NCBI GenBank assembly: GCA_026989355.1
Contig: JALSJM010000005.1
Coordinates: 344,717-408,716, forward strand
Direction of reading: 5' to 3'
Origin: Paracoccaceae bacterium
Lineage (GTDB): Bacteria > Pseudomonadota > Alphaproteobacteria > Rhodobacterales > Rhodobacteraceae
Length of the DNA stretch: 64,000 nt
Under the pieces are notes generated by a model, which was given only the letters and a program-made list of their open reading frames with translations, had not been told where the DNA came from and did no database searches. The position numbers were made by a program, and so were the translations under genes. Below, piece by piece: positions 48,024-57,487 of this stretch; positions within the stretch are counted from its first letter, which is position 1; each line of letters starts with the position of its first letter.

Positions 48024-49054
48024 GCTTCCTGCACCTCCGCATCCGGGATGGGATCAGCCGCCGTTTCGCTGTCGGACCTGCCAAGCTCTTCGGCAAGCCA
48101 TTGATCATGATGGGCCTGCGCCCAGGCTTCGTCCACATGGCCGTCCACCATGCCCCCGAGCGTGCCCCTGGTGCCGATGGTGCCAAGGTAGATATGGCCG
48201 AGCGAAAAGCCGATCATCACCAGGGCGGCAATGGCATGAACCAGCTCGGAAAGGTGGATCGTGTCGCGCGTGGCAAGATAATCGGGGAACAGCATGATGA
48301 AACCGGTCACGCTGAGGGCCCCGCCCGCCAGGACCGCCGTCCAGAACCAGGCCTTTTCGCCCAGGTTGTAGCGCCCTGCCGGCGCATGCCCCCCGAAGAA
48401 GCCGCCCCCCTTCAGCAGCCATTTCACATCAACCCATGCAGGGAAGTTTCCGCGCAGGAACTTCACGAAAAGCGCCAGCAGGAACAGCGCAAATACGGGG
48501 CCGAACAGGTTGTGCGCCTGCATCGAGGCCGTCAGCAGAACGCTGTGGGCCTCCTTTCCGATCAGGGGCAGGATGAAGGGTCGCCCGAAGAGAATGGCAA
48601 GCCCGGTCAGCCCCATCAGCACGAACACGCAGGCAACCGACCAGTGGATCACCCGCTGATCGAGGCGAAAGCGCAGGATCCGCCGGCCCGTGTCCGCACC
48701 ATGGTCGATCCTGCCGCGCACCAGAAAGAACAGCACCAGCGCCCCCAGCACCCCGAGCAGCCCCCAGGAACCATAGCGGATCACCGGGCTTGTTTCCGGG
48801 TTGCGCAGCTTCGACCACTCCCACCCTTCGGAATTGATCAGCACCCCCCCTTCGGGGCTGCCGGTGGACGGATTGACCAGCCCGCCGGCGCCCAGGCGCA
48901 GGTCGTGCCAGATCTCGGTATCGCTGCGGGTGCCAAGCGTATTGGGGGGGCCGGGTTCGGCAGATATGATCGCGGTATTTTCCTGCGCCTGAAGCAGGCC
49001 CGTCACGCCACCGGGAAAAAGCCCCAGCAGAACCGCAAACAGCACGATCCGCAT
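48020..49054 (-). CDS. formate dehydrogenase gamma subunit (cytochrome b) with periplasmic N-terminal extension
   Basis: RVIHWSVA...HNLFGP...GRYNLGEKAWFW...HAIAALVMI..SLGHIY are FdoI/FdnI-type four-helix heme b motifs. The start is placed at ATG 49052-49054 after GGAG (track ORF runs to 49093). Confidence 0.8.
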   Translation of the reverse strand: MRIVLFAVLLGLFPGGVTGLLQAQENTAIISAEPGPPNTLGTRSDTEIWHDLRLGAGGLVNPSTGSPEGGVLINSEGWEWSKLRNPETSPVIRYGSWGLLGVLGALVLFFLVRGRIDHGADTGRRILRFRLDQRVIHWSVACVFVLMGLTGLAILFGRPFILPLIGKEAHSVLLTASMQAHNLFGPVFALFLLALFVKFLRGNFPAWVDVKWLLKGGGFFGGHAPAGRYNLGEKAWFWTAVLAGGALSVTGFIMLFPDYLATRDTIHLSELVHAIAALVMIGFSLGHIYLGTIGTRGTLGGMVDGHVDEAWAQAHHDQWLAEELGRSDSETAADPIPDAEVQEA

Positions 49055-49195
49055 GGCTGCTCCAGGCTGTCGGCACCGGTTCGTGGTGGCCATTTCAAGA
49101 ACCCCCGTTCATTCACTGGCGAATGCATGGCTGAAGCCATGCCAGCCCGAAAGCTTCGGCCTGCGGGCTGGCATCAGGATGTGGAAAAGGCCGCC

Positions 49196-49804
49196 TCAGC
49201 CGCCCTTCTGTTCATAGGCCGTGCCCCAGCCCCAGGCACCCGAACCGAAGCCGCGCGCCACCACGCGCTCGCGGTAGATGGCCGATACATCTTCGCCATC
49301 GCCCGCCAGCAGCGCCTTGGTGGAACACATTTCGGCACAGACCGGCAGCTTGCCCTCGGCAATCCGGTTGGCCCCGTATTTCTGATACTCTTCCGAGGAA
49401 TTGTCTTCCTCGGGGCCTCCGGCGCAGAAGGTGCACTTGTCCATCTTGCCGCGCGAACCGAAGCTGCTGGCCTGTGGATATTGTGGCGCCCCGAAGGGGC
49501 AGGCATAGAAGCAGTAGCCACAGCCGATGCACAGATCCTTGTTGTGCAGAACGATGCCCTCTTCCGTCTGATAGAAGCAGTCCGTGGGGCAGACGGCCAT
49601 GCAGGGCGCATCCGAGCAATGCATGCAGGCCACCGAAATGCTGCGCTCGCCGGGGCGGCCATCATTGATCGTCACCACCCGGCGACGGTTGATACCCCAG
49701 GGCACGTTGTTTTCGTTCTTGCAGGCAGTGACACAAGCGTTGCATTCAATGCAGCGTTCGGCATCGCACAAGAACTTTGCGCGGGCTTTACCTCCAAGTC
49801 CCAT
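49196..49804 (-). CDS. formate dehydrogenase beta (4Fe-4S) subunit
   Basis: 202 aa. It has four ferredoxin-type Cys clusters (CIECNACVTAC, CMHCSDAPCMAVCP, CIGCGYCFYACP and CTFC...CAEMC). Confidence 0.85.
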   Translation of the reverse strand: MGLGGKARAKFLCDAERCIECNACVTACKNENNVPWGINRRRVVTINDGRPGERSISVACMHCSDAPCMAVCPTDCFYQTEEGIVLHNKDLCIGCGYCFYACPFGAPQYPQASSFGSRGKMDKCTFCAGGPEEDNSSEEYQKYGANRIAEGKLPVCAEMCSTKALLAGDGEDVSAIYRERVVARGFGSGAWGWGTAYEQKGG

Positions 49805-49816
49805 GTTTCATCCTCC

Positions 49817-52723
49817 TCATGCTGCAGTGATCTTGCAGAGAGTCGCTTTCGTCTCCTGCATCTGGGTTACCGAATCATAGCCGTATGTCTGGGCCGTATT
49901 CGAAGCCTCGCCCAGCACATAGGGATCGGCGCCTTCGGGGTATCTGTCGCGCAGATCCTCGCCCTGGAACCAGCCGCCGAAGTGGAACGGCATGAATGCC
50001 ACCCCCGGCCCGACCCGCTCTGTCAGCATGGCCTTCACCCTGATCCTGCCCTTTTCGGGGCCTTCGACCCAGACCATCATCCCGTCGCGCACCCCGATAT
50101 CGTTTGCGGTACGCGGGTTGATCTCGACGAACATCTCCTGCTGCAGTTCGGCCAGCCACGGGTTCGAACGGCTTTCGTCACCACCGCCTTCGTATTCCAC
50201 CAGGCGGCCTGACGTCAGGATGATCGGATAGTCCTTCGAGAAATCCTGCTTCTGGATCGACGCATAGAGCGTTGGCAGGCGATAGAACTTGCGATCCTCA
50301 TAGGTGGGATAATCGGCCACCAGATCGCGCCGCGGCGTATAGAGAGGCTCACGGTGCAGCGGGATCGGATCCGGGAAGGTCCAGACCACCGCCCGCGCCT
50401 TGGCATTGCCGAAAGGCGCGCATTCATGCTTGATCGCCACCCGCTGGATACCGCCGGAAAGATCGGTTTTCCAGTTGGTCTTGTCGCCGGCGATCGCTTC
50501 GATCGTGGCGCGCTCCTCATCGCTCAGATCCTTGTCCCAGCCAAGCTCCTTGAGCATTGCCATGGTGAATTCGGGATATCCGTCCTGGATCTCCGAACCC
50601 GCGGAATAGACACCTTCGGCCAGCAGGTTGCCGCCGCCCCACTCCTCGGGGCCTTCCACACCGAAGCGCGCGCGGAACGTCAGGCCACCCTTCGAAACGG
50701 GCTTGGACATGTCATAAAGGTTCGGCGTGCCCGGATGCCCCATTTCGGGGGTGCCCCAGCAGGGCCACGGCAGGCCGTAATATTCGCCATCGCAAGGCCC
50801 GCCGACCGCCTGAAGGGTGGTGCGGTCGAAGGTATGCTGGTTGGCCATGTGCTTCTTCAGCCGCTCGGGGCTCTGGCCGGTATAGCCGATGGTCCACATT
50901 CCCTTGTTGAACTCGCGGGTGATGTCCTCGATTTTCGGCTCGTCGGTCGCCTCGTCCACCGCAATGTTGCGGAACAGACGATCGGCAAAGCCGAACTTCC
51001 TGGCGAATTTCGCCATGATGACGTGATCCGGCAGGCTTTCGAACACCGGATCGATCACCTTCTCGCGCCATTGCAGCGAGCGGTTGGAAGCCGTTACCGA
51101 CCCGTGGGTTTCGAACTGTGTCGAGGCCGGCAGCAGATAGACGCCATCCTTGCGGTCCTGCAGGACCGCCGTCATCGTGGGATAGGGATCGATCACCACC
51201 AGGATATCGAGCTTGCTCATCGCCTCGCGCATTTCCGGCAGACGGGTCTGCGAGTTGGGCGCATGCCCCCAGAACACCATTCCCTTCACGTTTTCGGGCT
51301 GATCGATGTTGTTCTTGTCTTCCAGAACACCGTCGATCCAGCGGCTCACGGGAATGCCCTTGAGATTCTGCAAGCTCTTTTCCTTGCCGTCGGCCCCCTT
51401 GATCCGGGCAAACCGGCCGGCCAGCCATTCGGGATCTTCTTCCCACACCCGGGCCCAGTGCCCCCAGGCACCCTTGGACAGGCCGTAATAGCCGGGAAGA
51501 GTGTGCGAAAGCACTCCGAAATCGGTAGCGCCCTGCACGTTGTCATGGCCGCGGAAGATGTTGGCCCCGCCGCCCGAAACACCGATGTTGCCCAATGCCA
51601 GCTGCAGGACACAATAGGCGCGGGTATTGTTGTTGCCGTTGGTATGCTGGGTGCCGCCCATGCACCAGATCAGCGTGCCGGGGCGGTTGTTGGCCAGCGT
51701 GCGGGCCACCCGCTCCATCTGGCTGCCGGGCACGCCGGTAACGCGCTCTACCTCGGCCGGATCCCATTTCTTCACCTCTTCGCGGATCTTGTCCATCCCC
51801 CAGACACGGGTGCGAATGTATTCCTTGTCTTCCCAGCCGTTCTCGAAGATGTGCCACAACAGCCCCCAGACCACCGCCACATCGGTGCCGGGGCGGATGC
51901 GCATGTATTCATCCGCATGGGCCGCGGTGCGGGTGAAGCGCGGATCAACCACGATCAGCGGCGCATTGTTCTGCTCTTTCGCGCGCAGGATATGCAGAAG
52001 CGATACCGGGTGAGCCTCGGCCGGGTTCGAACCGAACAGGATCATCGACCGGCTGTTGTGAATATCGTTGTAGCTGTTGGTCATGGCGCCGTAGCCCCAT
52101 GTGTTGGCCACCCCGGCAACCGTGGTGGAGTGGCAGATGCGCGCCTGATGATCCACGTTGTTGGTGCCCCAGTAGGCCGCGAACTTGCGGAACAGATAGG
52201 CCTGTTCGTTGTTGTGCTTGGCGCTGCCCAGCCAATACACGCTGTCGGGCCCCGCGGTTTCGCGGATTTCGAGCAGCTTGTCGCCCACCTCGTTGATGGC
52301 TTCGTCCCAGCTGATGCGCTTCCATTCACCGTCCACCAGCTTCATCGGATATTTCAGCCGCCGTTCGCCGTGGGCATGTTCGCGCACCGAAGCCCCCTTG
52401 GCGCAATGGCCACCCAGGTTGAAGGGATTGTCCCAGCCGGGCTCCTGCCCTATCCAGACACCATTCTTCACCTCGGCCACCACGGTGCAGCCCACCGAAC
52501 AGTGGGTGCAGACGCTCTTGATGACCCGGATGTCATCCTTGGCATCCTGCGCCTCGGCCCGCCGGACGGTGCCGCCGGTGGCACCAAGCGCCGCAAGTCC
52601 GCCGATCGCAAGGCCCGAACCGCGCAGGAACGCGCGGCGATCAACCTTCTTCGATGCGACCTGCGCAAGAACAGACGAACCACGGGGGCCGAACGCAACC
52701 CCGTTTGTCTTCCTTCTCAGCAT
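49817..52723 (-). CDS. formate dehydrogenase alpha subunit (Mo/W-bis-PGD, Tat-exported, Cys-type)
   Basis: 968 aa. It has a Tat signal (DRRAFLRGSGLAIGG) and an N-terminal 4Fe-4S motif (CTHCSVGCTV). The active-site context is HQARICHSTTVAG, with Cys where E. coli FdnG has Sec. Confidence 0.9.
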   Translation of the reverse strand: MLRRKTNGVAFGPRGSSVLAQVASKKVDRRAFLRGSGLAIGGLAALGATGGTVRRAEAQDAKDDIRVIKSVCTHCSVGCTVVAEVKNGVWIGQEPGWDNPFNLGGHCAKGASVREHAHGERRLKYPMKLVDGEWKRISWDEAINEVGDKLLEIRETAGPDSVYWLGSAKHNNEQAYLFRKFAAYWGTNNVDHQARICHSTTVAGVANTWGYGAMTNSYNDIHNSRSMILFGSNPAEAHPVSLLHILRAKEQNNAPLIVVDPRFTRTAAHADEYMRIRPGTDVAVVWGLLWHIFENGWEDKEYIRTRVWGMDKIREEVKKWDPAEVERVTGVPGSQMERVARTLANNRPGTLIWCMGGTQHTNGNNNTRAYCVLQLALGNIGVSGGGANIFRGHDNVQGATDFGVLSHTLPGYYGLSKGAWGHWARVWEEDPEWLAGRFARIKGADGKEKSLQNLKGIPVSRWIDGVLEDKNNIDQPENVKGMVFWGHAPNSQTRLPEMREAMSKLDILVVIDPYPTMTAVLQDRKDGVYLLPASTQFETHGSVTASNRSLQWREKVIDPVFESLPDHVIMAKFARKFGFADRLFRNIAVDEATDEPKIEDITREFNKGMWTIGYTGQSPERLKKHMANQHTFDRTTLQAVGGPCDGEYYGLPWPCWGTPEMGHPGTPNLYDMSKPVSKGGLTFRARFGVEGPEEWGGGNLLAEGVYSAGSEIQDGYPEFTMAMLKELGWDKDLSDEERATIEAIAGDKTNWKTDLSGGIQRVAIKHECAPFGNAKARAVVWTFPDPIPLHREPLYTPRRDLVADYPTYEDRKFYRLPTLYASIQKQDFSKDYPIILTSGRLVEYEGGGDESRSNPWLAELQQEMFVEINPRTANDIGVRDGMMVWVEGPEKGRIRVKAMLTERVGPGVAFMPFHFGGWFQGEDLRDRYPEGADPYVLGEASNTAQTYGYDSVTQMQETKATLCKITAA

Positions 52724-52827
52724 TTCCAGTCCTCCCTGCGGGGCATGCCCCGGTTTCCGTCGCGGTCACAACTGGGATCAGGGCCAAATGCAACCGTCAC
52801 CCAGAATTGCCACCGCTCAAACTCCGC

Positions 52828-53016
52828 TCAGAACCGTGCGGTTTCCAGATACGCTTTCACATGATCGGTCTTGCGAAGGCCCAGCGCCGCAGGACCCTCT
52901 CCGGCCTCGGCCACCTCGCCACCTGCGGCCACGGCAACAGCCGCCGCCGGCGCCCCCGTTGCCGCAAGCTTCAGGAAATCGCGGCGCGTCGTCTGCGCCC
53001 TGTCTCCTTTTCCCAT
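52828..53016 (-). CDS. small twin-arginine peptide of the 'formate dehydrogenase region TAT target' type
   Basis: 62 aa from the internal ATG: MGKGDRAQTTRRDFLKLAATGAPAAA...LRKTDHVKAYLETARF. It has a Tat signal and a conserved C-terminal box resembling the TIGR02811 description as I remember it. Confidence 0.6.
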   Translation of the reverse strand: MGKGDRAQTTRRDFLKLAATGAPAAAVAVAAGGEVAEAGEGPAALGLRKTDHVKAYLETARF

Positions 53017-53145
53017 TCTCCTGTTCCTCCCTTTGTTCCCTTGTTCGAATTCCGGTCTTTCGCGGCCGGCCCGGGCTTCGCGCCCTGCTTGCACCGAATG
53101 GCCTGCACGGCGCGTCATTGCCGCACCGCACGACATTTCACACGG

Positions 53146-53787
53146 CTATTTCACCATGCGCATGGTTTCCGCCTCTACCTCCATGAATTCCCGGCCCACC
53201 CGGCCCACCCCGGCATAAAGAACCGCCGCTTCGGCCTTTTCCATGTCGGCAAAGCAATGGGCGGCCCAGGGGGCCATGTGGGTATTGAAGAACTCCTTTT
53301 GCCGCTCAAGCGGCACCGCCATGCCGAAACGGCCGCGGATCATGCCGGCCATCATTTCGCACAGGGCGGCAAGATTGTCTTCCGGCTCGGAAACATCCCC
53401 CGAGCGGGCGATGCGAAGATCGGCCATGTCGGCGCGCAGCCTGGCCAGCGGGTGTTCGTTCAGGAAACCCGTCATGTAATAGCTGGCATAGGGCAGCACC
53501 TCGCCCCGACCCAGCCCGATGAACATGGCGCTGAATTCGCGCTCGACCGATCTTTCCGAAACGCTGCCCGCAAGCCGGGCCAGCATGTTCACCGCCTTGC
53601 CAAGCGGAGTGCCGTCGCCCTCCAGCGCAGCAACCCCGGCCAGAAGCCCGGCCGCGGGCGGTCGTACCAGCAGCGCGGCCAGCAGATCATACAGATCGGC
53701 CCGCATTGCATCTTCGGGCAGCAGGCCGAGAACTGCACGATCGACCGCCTGCCCGGCAGCTTCCGCTTTCGACTGTTCTCTCCTCAT
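53146..53787 (-). CDS. TorD/DmsD-family redox enzyme maturation chaperone
   Basis: 213 aa, all-helical. It has LYDLLAALL...EREFSAMFIGLGRGEVLPYASYY...EPEDNLAALCEMMA blocks typical of TorD-like REMPs. Confidence 0.75.
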   Translation of the reverse strand: MRREQSKAEAAGQAVDRAVLGLLPEDAMRADLYDLLAALLVRPPAAGLLAGVAALEGDGTPLGKAVNMLARLAGSVSERSVEREFSAMFIGLGRGEVLPYASYYMTGFLNEHPLARLRADMADLRIARSGDVSEPEDNLAALCEMMAGMIRGRFGMAVPLERQKEFFNTHMAPWAAHCFADMEKAEAAVLYAGVGRVGREFMEVEAETMRMVK

Positions 53788-53858
53788 GGCCTCATCTTTA
53801 CGTCACAATGCCGCGATGTCAAATGAAACCGTGACATCATGACGCAAGAACGAGGCGC

Positions 53859-54623
53859 CTAATCCGCCTCTCCGGTATCGAAGCGAAAGCGCATCCGCCG
53901 GAGGCGGCCCTGTCCGGCGTTCGGCGCGGGGGCCCGGCTGCCGGCCGGGGCTGGCGATGATTCGCCCTCCGTCACCCGCAATTCGCCTGCCGCGCTGGCC
54001 CCCGCTCCGGCGGGTGCAGGAGCGGAACCATCATGCGGCGTTTCCGGGCCCGCATCCCTGTGCGGCGCAACATCGCCTTCAATGGGGCCGGTATCGTCTG
54101 TGCCGCGCGCTTCGGCCGGCGTTTCCTCGGCGAATTCATCCGTGCCGGCCATCGCCCTGGCATAACCCTTGCCAACCGACCACGCGGTTTCCAGCCCCGA
54201 AACCACGGTTGCCCTGTCGGTAAAGTCCTCGCCATATTCCAGCAACCCGTCCAGATTGGCCAGCGCCGGATTGGCGGCCCACAACCGACGCAGGGCGCGG
54301 TTGCGCAGAGCGGCGGGAACGGCCGAATTCATGAAAGCCCGGAAATCGTCGCCCGGACCCAGCGTATCGGGATCGGGCAGACCGAGACGCTCCAGAAGTT
54401 CGGCTTCGGCTTCAGGCAAGGAAATGTTTTCCGACGCCGTGCCGGGGGCCGTATCGGGCGGGGCGATTTCCCCTGCCCCCGCAGGAGGCACGGCGACGGC
54501 GGCCTTTCCTTTCGCTTCCCTTTTCGCTTCGGGCACATCATCGGTGCTTCTGCTGCGCCGGCGGGCGGTGGCCTTGCGTGCGGACCAGCGCCTCAGAAAC
54601 CCGGTGTCGCGCCGTTCACTCAT
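53859..54623 (-). CDS. DUF3306-like protein (uncharacterised)
   Basis: The start is set at MSERRDTGFLRRWSARK. The central part is low-complexity and acidic, and the protein has a conserved-looking ALRNRALRRLW...LLEYGEDFTD block. The family name is from memory. Confidence 0.55.
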   Translation of the reverse strand: MSERRDTGFLRRWSARKATARRRSRSTDDVPEAKREAKGKAAVAVPPAGAGEIAPPDTAPGTASENISLPEAEAELLERLGLPDPDTLGPGDDFRAFMNSAVPAALRNRALRRLWAANPALANLDGLLEYGEDFTDRATVVSGLETAWSVGKGYARAMAGTDEFAEETPAEARGTDDTGPIEGDVAPHRDAGPETPHDGSAPAPAGAGASAAGELRVTEGESSPAPAGSRAPAPNAGQGRLRRMRFRFDTGEAD

Positions 54624-55302
54624 CTCCGCTCTCCGGCATTGTCCCGCCCCCGGGCCCACCCCCGGGTTTCAGCCCTGCAGGCGCGCGATAGACATCGGCC
54701 GGCTGGCGCACCCGCGCATCGCCGATTCCATCCTGCCTCCGGTCGATGCGGGCCTTGTCGCGGCGACGCTTGCGGAAGCGCTCCTCCTTCACATGCGCAT
54801 CAACGAATTCCTGCACCCAGGCGATCAGCCCCGGGGGCATGGGCACCGGCGCGACTTCCTGATCACCGGCATCGGCATGATCCTGTGCCTCGAAGGCCGA
54901 AGCGGTTACCTGATGCACCTGCGGGCGCCCGCTTTCATCCGGTTCGTCCAGGATCACGAAAACCGAAGGCGGCGTCATCGCAAGGGAAACGCGATAGCCC
55001 TCGGTTTCGGCGCGGTGCAGGGCAAGGGTGACGGTTGCGGCGTGATACTCCACCGCTTCGCCCTCGCGGCGCAGTTCCTGCCATTCGGCCCTTGTCGCGC
55101 CGGGCAGCACGGCCGTCACGCTCCAGATCCATTTCTGCCAGCGCGTCACCCCCGGGCGTCGGCGCATGACCACCCCGAGCGGCATGGAGATCTCGCGCTG
55201 CGCAAACAGTTCGCGCACCCGGTCTCTACCGGCCCGGCCTGCGGTTTCATCCGGGGCCTTGCCGCCAGCCTGTTTTTCCGTGTTGTTGGTCGGTGCATCC
55301 AT
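54616..55302 (-). CDS. DUF3305-like protein (uncharacterised)
   Basis: 228 aa, overlapping the next gene by 8 nt. It has a PLGVVMRRRPGVTRWQKWIW block. The family name is from memory. Confidence 0.55.
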   Translation of the reverse strand: MDAPTNNTEKQAGGKAPDETAGRAGRDRVRELFAQREISMPLGVVMRRRPGVTRWQKWIWSVTAVLPGATRAEWQELRREGEAVEYHAATVTLALHRAETEGYRVSLAMTPPSVFVILDEPDESGRPQVHQVTASAFEAQDHADAGDQEVAPVPMPPGLIAWVQEFVDAHVKEERFRKRRRDKARIDRRQDGIGDARVRQPADVYRAPAGLKPGGGPGGGTMPESGDE

Positions 55303-55434
55303 TGCCGCCGTCTCCCCGGATTAGTCTAGGCCACCTCCTGTGCCCTGTCAAAATCCTGTTTCCACGGGGAAAGTTGAATTGACATTTGCTTCCCCGCGTT
55401 CCTTGATCATGAAACAACAGGAAGCAGAAATGCC

Positions 55435-57435
55435 ATGCCAAAGCCACAAACCCTGATCGCCTGCGACTGCGCCGGCACGATGTCGCTTGACACCGAGGCC
55501 CTGCAACAGGGCTGCGGCGCCGAAAGGATCGTTGCCTGCTCCAGGGCCTGCACCGCCGATCTCGACAGGGTGGTGAAAGCGCTGTCGGGGGAAGGAATGG
55601 TTCTGGTGGCCTGCGGACAGGAAGCTGCGCGCTTCGAAACACTGGCCGGGGAAATCGCCGCCGAATCCGGTCGGGCGGCCCCGCTGATCTGTGCCGATAT
55701 CCGCGATCGCGCCGGCTGGTGCGCAGAGGGCAGCGCGACAGCAAAGCAGGCGGCCCTGCTGGCCGAAGCGGTGCTGGATGCGCCGATGACCCCGCTGTTC
55801 GACATCGAATCGCCCGGCACCTGCCTGGTGCTCGGCCGGGGCGAGGCGGCGCTTGAAGCCGCCGGACGTCTGGCCGAATCAGGGCTGGCAGTTACCTGCG
55901 TTCTGGATGACCGCGAAGAACTTCCCCCCGAGCCCCCCGCCAGCTTTGACCTGGCACATGGACGGCTGCGCCGGGCCTCGGGCAGTCTTGGCGGCTTTGC
56001 CGTGCGGTTCGACAGATTCGCGCCGCTCGATCCCGCCGGTCGGGGCATGCCCGGCTTTGCCCCCCCCCGCGACGGCGCGGTCTCGCAATGCGACATCATC
56101 CTCGATCTTTCGGGCCATCCCCCGCTGTTTCCCGCGCCGCACAAGCGCGATGGCTATCTGCGCGCCGATCCTCGCGATCCGCTGGCAGTGGCCCGCGCGA
56201 TACAGGCCGCCTCGGGGCTGACCGGCAGTTTCGAAAAACCGCTCTACATCAGCTTCGACACCGCCCTCTGCGCCCATTCGCGGGCCGGACAGAAAGGCTG
56301 CACACGCTGCCTTGATATCTGCCCCACCGGGGCAATCGGCCCCGATGGCGACAGCGTGACGATCGACAGCGGAATCTGCGCCGGCTGCGGGGGCTGTGCG
56401 GCGGTCTGCCCCTCGGGCGCCGCCGCCTATGCCGATCCGCCGGTCGAGTTCCTGTTTCGCCGGATTGCAACGCTGGCCACCGCCTGGCGCAAGGCCGGCG
56501 GCGAAGGCGCGCCACGCCTCTTGGTGCACGATCACGAAACCGCCCCCGAGATGATCCGCCTGTCGGCGCGCCACGGGCGCGGTCTGCCACCCGATGTCAT
56601 TCCGCTGGAGGTGAACGAGGTGGAAGGATTCGGCCATGCCGAAATGCTGGCCGCGCTTGGTGCGGGCTTCGGGCATGTCCACATCCTGACATCTCCCCGC
56701 ACCGGAATCGCCGCCCTTGCCCCCCAGCGCGAACTGGCACTGGCCATTGCCGGGCGCGAAGCGGTCAGCCTGATCGATCCGGCCGACCCGGACCGCCTGG
56801 AAGAGATACTGCGCGCGCCTGCCGAAACGGCCACGGCCGGGAACCCGATCCTGCCGCTGGGCGGCCGTCGCGAGGTGACACGCAGCGCGGCCACGGCGCT
56901 TCGGGGGGGAACGGATGTTCCGATTCCGCTGCCCGACGGATCCCCCTATGGCATGGTGGAAATCGATACGGACGCCTGCACGCTTTGCCTGGCCTGCGTT
57001 TCGCTCTGCCCGGCCGCAGCACTTGGTGACAACCCCGACAAGCCGCAGGTGAACTTCACCGAAAATGCCTGCCTGCAATGCGGCATCTGCGCCAATACCT
57101 GCCCGGAAAACGCCATCACGCTTTCCCCGCGGCTGGATCTTTCCCCGGCCGCCCTGGCCCCCCGGGTGCTGCACGAGGAAGAACCGTTCGCCTGCATCGA
57201 ATGCGGCACGCCCTTCGGAGTGCGTTCGACCATAGAGCGCATCGTGGAAACGCTTGATGGCAAGCACTGGATGTTTGCCGGCGGCGACAGGATCAGGCTG
57301 GTGCAGATGTGCGACGACTGCCGCGTGCGCGCCCAGTATCACGCCGAGAATTCGCCCTTCCGCATGGGCGAACGCCCCCGCATCCGCACCACGGATGACG
57401 ACCTGCGCGCGCGTGAAGACGAAGGCCGGGAATAG
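55435..57435 (+). CDS. large 4Fe-4S poly-ferredoxin-like protein
   Basis: 666 aa. It has two 2x[4Fe-4S] ferredoxin modules (CTRCLDICPTGA/CAGCGGCAAVCPSGA and CTLCLACVSLCPAAA/CLQCGICANTCPENA). There are extra Cys pairs at both ends (CDCAG; CIECG...CDDC). Confidence 0.8.
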   Translation: MPKPQTLIACDCAGTMSLDTEALQQGCGAERIVACSRACTADLDRVVKALSGEGMVLVACGQEAARFETLAGEIAAESGRAAPLICADIRDRAGWCAEGSATAKQAALLAEAVLDAPMTPLFDIESPGTCLVLGRGEAALEAAGRLAESGLAVTCVLDDREELPPEPPASFDLAHGRLRRASGSLGGFAVRFDRFAPLDPAGRGMPGFAPPRDGAVSQCDIILDLSGHPPLFPAPHKRDGYLRADPRDPLAVARAIQAASGLTGSFEKPLYISFDTALCAHSRAGQKGCTRCLDICPTGAIGPDGDSVTIDSGICAGCGGCAAVCPSGAAAYADPPVEFLFRRIATLATAWRKAGGEGAPRLLVHDHETAPEMIRLSARHGRGLPPDVIPLEVNEVEGFGHAEMLAALGAGFGHVHILTSPRTGIAALAPQRELALAIAGREAVSLIDPADPDRLEEILRAPAETATAGNPILPLGGRREVTRSAATALRGGTDVPIPLPDGSPYGMVEIDTDACTLCLACVSLCPAAALGDNPDKPQVNFTENACLQCGICANTCPENAITLSPRLDLSPAALAPRVLHEEEPFACIECGTPFGVRSTIERIVETLDGKHWMFAGGDRIRLVQMCDDCRVRAQYHAENSPFRMGERPRIRTTDDDLRAREDEGRE

Positions 57436-57487
57436 GCACGGGTTTCATTGCTGCCGCAGCGATTCTGCCCGCGGAACGCATTCAGCT

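Noticed and set aside
49817-52723. Possible selenocysteine (in-frame TGA) in the formate dehydrogenase catalytic subunit.
   Set aside because: The 968-codon frame is uninterrupted, and the active-site position reads Cys (ARICHSTTV). No SECIS-type requirement arises.
55303-55434. An FNR/CRP-like half-site (TTGATCATGAAACAA) in the divergent promoter between the DUF3305 gene and the poly-ferredoxin gene.
   Set aside because: Only the TTGAT half matches the TTGAT-N4-ATCAA consensus. The second half (AAACA) is poor, so the match is too weak to call.
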